A stretch of 64,000 nucleotides of DNA from a virus, in IMG/VR virus record IMGVR_UViG_3300032893_000011, positions 1-64,000 of that record; one strand, written 5' to 3'. Both the position numbers and the translations under genes were made by a program. Position 1 is the first letter of the stretch; each line of letters starts with the position of its first letter. Under the pieces are notes generated by a model, which searched no databases, was not told where the DNA came from, and worked only from the letters and a program-made list of their open reading frames with translations. Shown here in pieces: positions 28,655-35,810 of this stretch.

Positions 28655-28834
28655 ATGGCACGTAGGCGAATGGGCGGCAGGCGCCGCCGCGTGGGCACCA
28701 CCGGACACCGGCACCACGCAGGACACACCCACATCGCGATCGCTGTGCACCACAGCACGCACCACCACGCAGCCCGCGCGGTAGGGCGCGGTGTGCGGCG
28801 GCGCGGACGGCGCCGGGCGCGTCGGCTCGTCTAA
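28655..28834 (+). CDS. Protamine-like Arg/His-rich peptide (59 aa)
   Basis: AAAGGGAGG RBS; MARRRMGGRRRR...RRRGRRRARRLV. Confidence 0.7.
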   Translation: MARRRMGGRRRRVGTTGHRHHAGHTHIAIAVHHSTHHHAARAVGRGVRRRGRRRARRLV

Positions 28835-28856
28835 CCCCCGAACCAGGGAAACTGCC

Positions 28857-29141
28857 ATGGCACGACGCAGGCATGGCGTCCACGCCCACGCCGGTGGGGC
28901 ACACGCCCACACCGGCGGGGCGGCGGGACGCATGGGGAGGCGAGCAGGTCGCCGCAGCGCACGCAGAGGCGTCGCACGGCGCAGGGGGCGCACACCCAAA
29001 CTCGGCACCGGCGCCCGATTCCGAAACCTCACCAAACAAGGTCTAAGCCCTCAATTGGCTGCGTGGATTGGAAGACGGAAATTCGGAAAAGCTCGCTACC
29101 AGGCTCTTTCTGCCGCCGGTAGGCGGCGGCGGAGGCGTTAG
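28857..29141 (+). CDS. Arg-rich basic protein (94 aa)
   Basis: MARRRHGVHAHAGGAHA...PKLGTGARF...LAAWIGRRKFGK...RRRRRR. Confidence 0.7.
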   Translation: MARRRHGVHAHAGGAHAHTGGAAGRMGRRAGRRSARRGVARRRGRTPKLGTGARFRNLTKQGLSPQLAAWIGRRKFGKARYQALSAAGRRRRRR

Positions 29142-29752
29142 CGTCCTCTGCGTGAGAGTGCAGCGCACTTTCGGGAGCAGAAACCTTTCCCGATTTCGCA
29201 GACGGGTCGATGATAAGTCGCTCCGCACCGCCTGCAGGTCTGATCAGGCGTTCGGCGAGGTGAAGGTGTGCCTTTTGGCGGAAGATTCCGCCACGCTTCG
29301 TGCTCAATCTGGTGACAGCGTTTACATAACGTTTCGAGGTTCGCCGGGTCACTGTTCCGGCGGTTCCCGTCTTGGTGGTGAATCAACAGGAACCTCGTGC
29401 TGCCGCATCGCTCGCAGGAGTCTTTGAGGTGGCGGCGATAGTGAATGGGAGATCGGCCGTCGACGTACATCGGGTTGTCGACGCCCAGCTGGAATGTCCC
29501 CTTCCGCTCGGCGGATTGCAAAGCGCCAAGACAGGAGCGCGAGCAGGCGCGGGCGGTGTCGATCCGTTTGGGCGAGATCGTGAAGACCGAGCCGCAGTGT
29601 TCACAGGTTTTCGTGGTGTTGGTGCGGTTCCATCCGGCTTGGGTGCCTTTGGCGGTGCAGGACAGGGAGCAGAAGCGTCCGGTGCCACTGCCTTTCCGCC
29701 GTTGGAAGGCGGTTCCGCAGTGCTCGCAGGTATAGGTAATCATGGTCGGCAT
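29138..29752 (-). CDS. HNH endonuclease with repeated CxxC zinc motifs
   Basis: CERCG..IHHQDGNRRNSDPANLETLCKRCH; TAGAAT -10 box 6 nt upstream. Confidence 0.88.
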   Translation of the reverse strand: MPTMITYTCEHCGTAFQRRKGSGTGRFCSLSCTAKGTQAGWNRTNTTKTCEHCGSVFTISPKRIDTARACSRSCLGALQSAERKGTFQLGVDNPMYVDGRSPIHYRRHLKDSCERCGSTRFLLIHHQDGNRRNSDPANLETLCKRCHQIEHEAWRNLPPKGTPSPRRTPDQTCRRCGATYHRPVCEIGKGFCSRKCAALSRRGR

Positions 29753-29796
29753 AGGCCAATTCTAGCGGCGAGGGCAAGCATGGAGGGGCGCTCGCG

Positions 29797-29904
29797 ATGC
29801 GGATGACCATCGACGTGCTGATGATCGCCTCTGCTGTCATAGCCGGTGCGATAATCGGGGCAGCGGCGGCCGTCCTGTGGCCGCGCGAGTGGAGGTGGAT
29901 GTAA
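29797..29904 (+). CDS. Small membrane peptide (35 aa)
   Basis: GGAGG RBS, one hydrophobic helix, abuts next ATG. Confidence 0.45.
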   Translation: MRMTIDVLMIASAVIAGAIIGAAAAVLWPREWRWM

Positions 29905-30033
29905 ATGGGAGGCCGTCCCTCTCGCCAAACCCCGGCGGACCGCCGATTGCGTGAAAACCGGGGCAAGCCGCATCCGATGCCCCAACCGGCGCCGGTGTCG
30001 AAGGAAGTCCGCAGGAAGATGGGACACAAGTAA
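29905..30033 (+). CDS. Small basic peptide (42 aa)
   Basis: GGAGG RBS; MGGRPSRQTPADRRLREN...RRKMGHK; TAATG coupling to next gene. Confidence 0.6.
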   Translation: MGGRPSRQTPADRRLRENRGKPHPMPQPAPVSKEVRRKMGHK

Positions 30034-30179
30034 TGGCCATGATGAAGAAGATCCCGCGGGGGATGATGTCGCAGCCGGCGACGGCGGCGCAGGCGGGTGT
30101 GACCCGCTCGGCGGCATCGGCCGGTAAGTCGGCGGCGAGCACCGCGTCGATGCCCCGCATGCCCCGCAAGAGACCCTGA
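30033..30179 (+). CDS. Small basic peptide (48 aa)
   Basis: MAMMKKIPRG...MPRMPRKRP; coupled start. Confidence 0.55.
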   Translation: MAMMKKIPRGMMSQPATAAQAGVTRSAASAGKSAASTASMPRMPRKRP

Positions 30180-30216
30180 TCAACGGAAGTTCAAACTGCC
30201 AACGAAGGAGTTAGTT

Positions 30217-30408
30217 ATGGCACGTCGACGTGGCAGCCGCGGTGGCGGCCGGGGTCGGGGCGGGTCGAACGCCACGGCAGGACAGTACGGGTCGGGTGGC
30301 ACCCATGCCCAGGTGGCCGGCGGGGCGACCGCGCAGGTGAGCGGACCATCCACGTCGCTGCCCCCGGGTGGGCGGGGTGGCGGGCGCAGGCGCGGCCGTA
30401 GTGGCTAA
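30217..30408 (+). CDS. Arg/Gly-rich peptide (63 aa)
   Basis: AAGGAG RBS; MARRRGSRGGGRGRGG...RRRGRSG. Confidence 0.7.
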   Translation: MARRRGSRGGGRGRGGSNATAGQYGSGGTHAQVAGGATAQVSGPSTSLPPGGRGGGRRRGRSG

Positions 30409-30538
30409 GAGCAAACGCGGCCCATCCGCTGTATGCCCCGGCGGCATGGCCGACGCAGGCATGGACGCGGCAGCCGAAGCAGTGCCCGTGAGGAAGAAGA
30501 AACACCGGAAGAAGGCGGGGCGTCGTCGTGGCGGCTAA
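30401..30538 (+). CDS. Basic peptide (45 aa)
   Basis: GTGGCTAA overlap; MAKSKRG...RKKKHRKKAGRRRGG. Confidence 0.6.
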   Translation: MAKSKRGPSAVCPGGMADAGMDAAAEAVPVRKKKHRKKAGRRRGG

Positions 30539-30671
30539 GAAACGCGCGACTCGCCGCAGAACGTCCACGCGCACCTACTCGGGACGCCGCGGCGCCGTCA
30601 CCTACCAGATCACGGTCGGCCGATCCAGGGTGACGCACCGCCCAGCCCGGCGTCGGGGCCGTCGTGGCTAG
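30528..30671 (+). CDS. Arg-rich peptide (47 aa)
   Basis: Overlapping GTG start; MAAKKRATRRRTSTR...RRRGRRG. Confidence 0.6.
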   Translation: MAAKKRATRRRTSTRTYSGRRGAVTYQITVGRSRVTHRPARRRGRRG

Positions 30672-30855
30672 GCGCCGACGGACCGGGGTGAGCGCACACG
30701 CCGGCGGTGCCCGCGCGTCGGCGAATGAGATGTCCGTGCGGTTCCGCGAGATGGCGTTCCCGCATCCGTTCCCGGTCGGTAAGGCGGGCCGCGCCAGCGG
30801 CGGCGGATACACCCGGGCGGCCCGGTCAGGCCGGGCGCGGAGGCGCCGTGGCTAG
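30664..30855 (+). CDS. Arg-rich peptide (63 aa)
   Basis: GTGGCTAG overlap; MARRRRTGVSAHAGGARASA...RARRRRG. Confidence 0.65.
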   Translation: MARRRRTGVSAHAGGARASANEMSVRFREMAFPHPFPVGKAGRASGGGYTRAARSGRARRRRG

Positions 30856-31050
30856 AAAACGCCGCGCTGGGACCACGGCGCATGCCGGCGGGGCCCACGC
30901 GTCGGCGGGCTACAAGCCGCCCTCGTCAACACCGGCCTATCTGCTCACCGGCGGGCCCCTGCCGGGGACGCGGCGGGCCTCGGGCCGAGCACCACATGCG
31001 GAGAACGCCTCACCAACCCCACCGCGAACGCTGAAAAGGCGGTGCCGTTC
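30848..31050 (+). CDS. Arg-rich peptide, 3' end unresolved (possibly disrupted)
   Basis: GTGGCTAG overlap; MARKRRAGTTAHAGGAHASAG; frame runs on without a stop to 31462. Confidence 0.4.
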
Positions 31051-31052
31051 TG

Positions 31053-31265
31053 ATGAGCATTCCGAAGCCGCCATTGGGTGCGAACCCCATCGCATGTGCA
31101 GTCTGCTTGAACATCGACAACCGCACCCGCAACCCAGCCACCACCATCGTCAACGGCTTCGCAGTCTGCGACAGCCACGCCGAACATCTGACCGGCGAGT
31201 ACACCGACTTCGCCGCGCTGATGCGGCGCATCAAAACCACCACCACCCCCGGAGAACCACTGTGA
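31053..31265 (+). CDS. Small Zn-binding hypothetical protein
   Basis: CAVC...ATTIVNGFAVCDSH. Confidence 0.6.
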   Translation: MSIPKPPLGANPIACAVCLNIDNRTRNPATTIVNGFAVCDSHAEHLTGEYTDFAALMRRIKTTTTPGEPL

Positions 31266-31462
31266 ACCTCGATGAGCTGCTAGTGCAGATCGACACCGCG
31301 GTCTACGAACTTGAGTCTGAGGCTGTCAAGGCCGCCATTGAGGCGGATCGCTTGCGCGACGAGAACGCTGAACTACACCTGCGCGTCGCTGAACTCACCA
31401 CCGAACGCGACGACGCCCGAGCCCGAGCAGCGCACTACGCCCACGACAACCGCATGCTATGA
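31262..31462 (+). CDS. Coiled-coil hypothetical protein
   Basis: GGAG RBS, GTGA and ATGA overlaps. Confidence 0.55.
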   Translation: MNLDELLVQIDTAVYELESEAVKAAIEADRLRDENAELHLRVAELTTERDDARARAAHYAHDNRML

Positions 31463-32820
31463 GAATCGGTTCCCTGTGCTCCGGCGCCGGTGGCCTTGAC
31501 CTCGCCGTTGAAACCGTTTTCAACGCCACAACCGCCTGGCACGCCGAAACCGACCCCGCCGCCGCCAAAGTCCTCACCCACCGCTGGCCTGACACCCCCA
31601 ACCACGGCGACATCACCACAGCCGATTGGAGCACCGTTGAACCCATCGACATCCTCTGCGCGGGATGGCCCTGCCAACCCTGGTCCGCAGCCGGTCAACG
31701 CAGAGGCGCAGCCGACCACCGAGCCATCTGGCCGGCCATCACGCGCGCCGTTCGCCTACTACGACCACGATGGGCGGTGCTGGAAAACGTTCCAGGAATC
31801 TTTGTTCTCGGGGAGTTTGCCCGAACAGTCGGTGACCTGGCCGCGCTCGGGTATGACACGCAATGGGTATGCCTACGAGCTTCCGATGTCAGTGCCCCCC
31901 ACCAGCGCGAACGAGTGTTCATCTTGGCTGCCGACGCCGCGCAGCACGAGAGATGGATCAACGACGGAGACGAGTTACGCCTTGGGCGGCGAACGCGACA
32001 ACAGCAACCGCACACAGGGCGAAGTCCTGCTTCCGACTCCTCGTGCGACGGACGGCACGAAGGGCGGCCCGAACCAGCACGGCTCATCGGGGGACCTGAT
32101 GCTGCCCTCAGCGGTGCTGGACCTGTAAACCTGCTGCCGACACCCCTTGCCCGCGACTTCAAAGGCCACAGCCCCGCTGACATGAACCGCCGCAACCCGA
32201 ATATGTCAGCCATCACAGACCTACTGCCGACACCCGCCGTAAACGACATTGGCGACAACAAGACCATTGAGTGGTGGGACGACTGGACCACCCGCATGAA
32301 AAACCAGCACAGCAACGGCAACGGCCACGGCCCATCACTAGAGATCGAAGTGCAACGCCCACTGCTACCCACGCCGCGTAGCAGCGACTGTTTCGGTGCT
32401 GGCGTCCACGGTGACGGCGGCATGGACCTACGCACCACCGTGCCACTACTCGCCACTCCGAGCACCGCTGACGGTAATGGTGGTCACCTGAACCGATCCG
32501 GTGACCGCAAAAACGAACTACTGCTACCTGGCCAGGCCCGCGACATGGTGACCAGTTGGGGTAAGTATGAGCCCGCGATCCGCCGCTGGGAACAGCACAC
32601 CCGCCCCGCCCCACCACCCACCGAACCCAACACCAAAGGCAACCCCCGCCTATCCGCCGCGTTCAGTGAGTGGATGATGGGCTGGCCCGAAGGCTGGGTC
32701 ACCGCCGTCCCCGGTATCAGCCGCAGCGATGCCCTGCGCGTCATCGGCAACGGCGTCGTGGTTCAACAGACCACCGCAGCCCTGCAATGGCTCCTACACG
32801 CCACCCAGGTGACCGCATGA
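31459..32820 (+). CDS. C5-cytosine DNA methyltransferase
   Basis: SLCSGAGG, GDIT, GWPCQ, ENVPG, RERVF, LLPTP repeats, EWMMGWP, IGNGVV. Confidence 0.9.
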   Translation: MRIGSLCSGAGGLDLAVETVFNATTAWHAETDPAAAKVLTHRWPDTPNHGDITTADWSTVEPIDILCAGWPCQPWSAAGQRRGAADHRAIWPAITRAVRLLRPRWAVLENVPGIFVLGEFARTVGDLAALGYDTQWVCLRASDVSAPHQRERVFILAADAAQHERWINDGDELRLGRRTRQQQPHTGRSPASDSSCDGRHEGRPEPARLIGGPDAALSGAGPVNLLPTPLARDFKGHSPADMNRRNPNMSAITDLLPTPAVNDIGDNKTIEWWDDWTTRMKNQHSNGNGHGPSLEIEVQRPLLPTPRSSDCFGAGVHGDGGMDLRTTVPLLATPSTADGNGGHLNRSGDRKNELLLPGQARDMVTSWGKYEPAIRRWEQHTRPAPPPTEPNTKGNPRLSAAFSEWMMGWPEGWVTAVPGISRSDALRVIGNGVVVQQTTAALQWLLHATQVTA

Positions 32821-33053
32821 CCCCGCGTGTGTACACCCCCGCGACCATCGCCGCTGCCACCGACCGCCGCTGGCTCACCACCAACCACCGCATCAGCCGC
32901 GACTGGATGATCCACGCCAACTGCCGAGGCTGCGACCCCGAACTATGGTTCCCCCACGTCCCGGCGTTACGGCGTGCGCGGCGCCAACGCGGCGGCCAGG
33001 CGGGCACTGAGGCGCCGAAGGGCCTAGGTCGCACGCCGGGTGCCTATCGTTGA
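32817..33053 (+). pseudogene. Truncated WhiB-like regulator
   Basis: DWMIHANCRGCDPELWFP present, but CxxC..C and GVWGG absent. Confidence 0.6.
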
Positions 33054-33056
33054 CGC

Positions 33057-35807
33057 GTGACGGTCCCCGCCCTGCGTGTCGTGCGCCGTCCCAAACGCGC
33101 CCACCGCCACCTGTCCCTGGTGGCCGCCAGCCAACCCATCGAAACCCCGCAACGCATATTCAGGACCACCGTCTCCGGGGTCGTCGCCGACGACGACTGG
33201 CAAACCGAGGCCTGGGACATGTACGACGCCGTCGGCGAGCTCCGCTACTACGTCGGCTGGCGCTCCTCATCGTGCTCACGGGTGCGCCTCATCGCCTCCG
33301 AGATCGACCCCGACACCGGCCGCCCCACCGGCACCTGCGACAACCTCGCCGCCGCCCAAGTCGTCAACGGCATCGCCGGTGGGCACCTCGGCCAAACCCA
33401 GCTCATCAAACGCGTCGTCGAATGCCTCACCGTGCCCGGAGAAGTGTGGGTGGGCATCATCCAACCCGGCGACGAGCCCGCGCAACGCTGGCTCGCCCTG
33501 TCGAAGGACGAGATCTTCAGAAACGGCGCCGGGGCGGAGATCGAGCTGCCCGACGGGTCGCGCCACACCCTGTCCATGCCCCGCGACTCGCTGATCCGCG
33601 TCTGGATCCCCCGAGCCCGGCGGGCGTCGCAGCCCGACTCGCCGGTCCGGGCCTGCCTCGGGTCGCTGCACGAGATACACCGCACCACGAAAACCATAGC
33701 CAACGCCTCCAAGTCCCGCCTCATCGGCAACGGCATCGTGTTCGTGCCGCAGGAGATGTCCCTGCCGCCGATGAACACCCCCCTGGCCGCCAACCAGCTC
33801 GGGCCGCCCACCCCGACGATGGACGGCACGTCGGCGGTGCAGCAGCTGCAGGAGCTGCTGTGGCAGGTGGCGCAGACGGCCTACGACGACGAAGACTCGA
33901 TGGCTGCCCTGATACCGATGTTCGCCACCGTGCCCGGCGACCAGATCAAAAACGTGCAGCACCTGCAGTTCGAGAACAACATCACCGACGTCGCGATCAA
34001 GACCCGCAACGACGCAATCGCCAGGCTCGCGATGGGATTGGACGTGAGCCCAGAAAGGCTCCTCGGTTTGGGGCGAAGCTCAAACCATTGGTGCAAAGAC
34101 GACCAGACTGAAATTCTGACACAACGCGGCTGGTTACGGCAGGATCAGCTGCGAATCGGCGACATGGCGCTGACGCTACAGCAAAGCGGGTTGAGCGAGT
34201 GGCAGCCAGTGCTGGACATCTACCGTGCTGACGTGATTGATGAGCCGATGCTGTCAATGGAGGCGGCGTCTCATTCATCGTTGTCCACGGCAGGGCATCG
34301 CTGGCTGGTGACTCACGTTAGCAACGGGAAATGGCGATGGACGACCAGCGGTCAGGGTTTCGCCAAGGCGGACCGCATACCCGCCGCTGCAAGATGTGTG
34401 TCGTTACCTTCTGGGCCGAAGTACTCGGATAGTTTCGTTCGGCTCGCAGCTGCTTACATGTCGGACGGCTCGCGGTTGCGCTATGAGTCTGGAACAGAAT
34501 TCGTTCGTATCGTCAAGTTCGATGCCGATGAAATCATTGCTTTGCGAGCGGTGTGCCGTGAAGTGTTCGGGCGTGACGTCTCAGAGCGCCATCACCCGAC
34601 CAGAACACGCGCCGGGCTGGCTTTCGTGCTGCACGCCGATGAGTCACAAGCGCTGTTTGACATCACCAGCGAGCATAAGGCGCTCAAACCCGAGTTCATT
34701 CTCACGTTAACGGAAGCGCAGCTGCACCTGTTCCTTGATGCGTTGATTGAGCTTGGCGACGGTGTCGCTTTATCGCATGGTGCTCGGACCTTCTTCCAGG
34801 TGGAGCCGTCACGACTGGACGCCATCGAGATGGCAGCGATCCTCGCTGGCTATCGCTGCACCCGCGGGCAACGTAATCAGCAGACCGGTTTCGGCACGAC
34901 TCCGCTCCACTGGCTACGAGCTGGAACGGCTCGTAAATGGTTTGCTCCCTATGTGGCCGAAAAGTCCTGGCAACGTTACTCCGGGGTCGTCTGGTGTCCA
35001 ACCACCGAGAACGGGACGTGGTTCGCGCGGCGAGATGGAAAGGTCTGCGTCAGCGGAAATTCGGCCTGGCAGTTAGCTGACGAGGACGTGCAGCTGCACA
35101 TTTGCCCCGTGATGGAGTTGCTGTGCGCGGCGTTCAACGAGCGCATCGTCGGCCCTGTGTTTCAGAGGATGGGCATCGACCCCACCCGCTACATGCTGTG
35201 GTACGACGCCACCGGGCTGACCGCAGACCCCGACAAAACCAACAACGCCACAGCGGCGTTCGACCGGGGGGCGATCACCGCCGACGCGTTGCGCTCCTAC
35301 CTGCAGCTCGGCGACGACACCGGCTACGACCTGTCCACCCTCGAAGGGTGGAAGGTGTGGGCGCGCGACCACGTCAGCAAGGACCCCACCCTGCTGTCGG
35401 TCCCGCAGCTCGTCGCGCTGCTGGGCCCCGACGTGGTGAAGGTGACCACACCGCCCGCCCCGCCACCCGAGCAGCCCGCAGTGCCCGCCGGGCAGCGCCC
35501 GCCCGCGCTGCCGTCCGCGAAACCCAAACCCGCAGCCCCCGCGCAGCAGGAGCCGCAAACCGAGGAGGAGGAGGCGGCCCCGGCCGCACAGGTCCGCGAC
35601 GACGTGCACATGGGCATCGTGGACCTGATGGTGTCACGGGCACTCGGCCTCGCGTCGCGGCGGCGTCGCGGCACCGGCGACCGGTGGGACGAAGCCCTCG
35701 AAGACGAAGTGCTGGGTCTGCTGAACATCGACGGCGAGGACGTGCGCGCGGCGGTTCGCCGCAGCGTGCGCCACAAACTCGCCGCGCGCAACGGGGAAGG
35801 AAGCTGA
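33057..35807 (+). CDS. Portal protein containing an intein
   Basis: WQTEAWDMYDAVGELRYYVGW, SKSRLIGNG, AIARLAMGLDVSPERLLG..SNHW|SAWQ; position before capsid genes. Confidence 0.88.
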   Translation: MTVPALRVVRRPKRAHRHLSLVAASQPIETPQRIFRTTVSGVVADDDWQTEAWDMYDAVGELRYYVGWRSSSCSRVRLIASEIDPDTGRPTGTCDNLAAAQVVNGIAGGHLGQTQLIKRVVECLTVPGEVWVGIIQPGDEPAQRWLALSKDEIFRNGAGAEIELPDGSRHTLSMPRDSLIRVWIPRARRASQPDSPVRACLGSLHEIHRTTKTIANASKSRLIGNGIVFVPQEMSLPPMNTPLAANQLGPPTPTMDGTSAVQQLQELLWQVAQTAYDDEDSMAALIPMFATVPGDQIKNVQHLQFENNITDVAIKTRNDAIARLAMGLDVSPERLLGLGRSSNHWCKDDQTEILTQRGWLRQDQLRIGDMALTLQQSGLSEWQPVLDIYRADVIDEPMLSMEAASHSSLSTAGHRWLVTHVSNGKWRWTTSGQGFAKADRIPAAARCVSLPSGPKYSDSFVRLAAAYMSDGSRLRYESGTEFVRIVKFDADEIIALRAVCREVFGRDVSERHHPTRTRAGLAFVLHADESQALFDITSEHKALKPEFILTLTEAQLHLFLDALIELGDGVALSHGARTFFQVEPSRLDAIEMAAILAGYRCTRGQRNQQTGFGTTPLHWLRAGTARKWFAPYVAEKSWQRYSGVVWCPTTENGTWFARRDGKVCVSGNSAWQLADEDVQLHICPVMELLCAAFNERIVGPVFQRMGIDPTRYMLWYDATGLTADPDKTNNATAAFDRGAITADALRSYLQLGDDTGYDLSTLEGWKVWARDHVSKDPTLLSVPQLVALLGPDVVKVTTPPAPPPEQPAVPAGQRPPALPSAKPKPAAPAQQEPQTEEEEAAPAAQVRDDVHMGIVDLMVSRALGLASRRRRGTGDRWDEALEDEVLGLLNIDGEDVRAAVRRSVRHKLAARNGEGS
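34092..35060 (+). mobile_element. Intein (323 aa) in portal, with in-frame LAGLIDADG-like remnant
   Basis: Starts CKDDQTEILTQRGW, block B TAGHRW, ends VWCPTTENGTWFARRDGKVCVSGN/S; helices LAAAYMSDGS and FLDALIELGDG; lower GC than flanks. Confidence 0.9.
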
Positions 35808-35810
35808 ACC

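Noticed and set aside
34092-35060. Antisense nuclease in the portal intein
   Set aside because: Minus-strand ORFs there are short and motif-free; nuclease-like helices are in the sense frame
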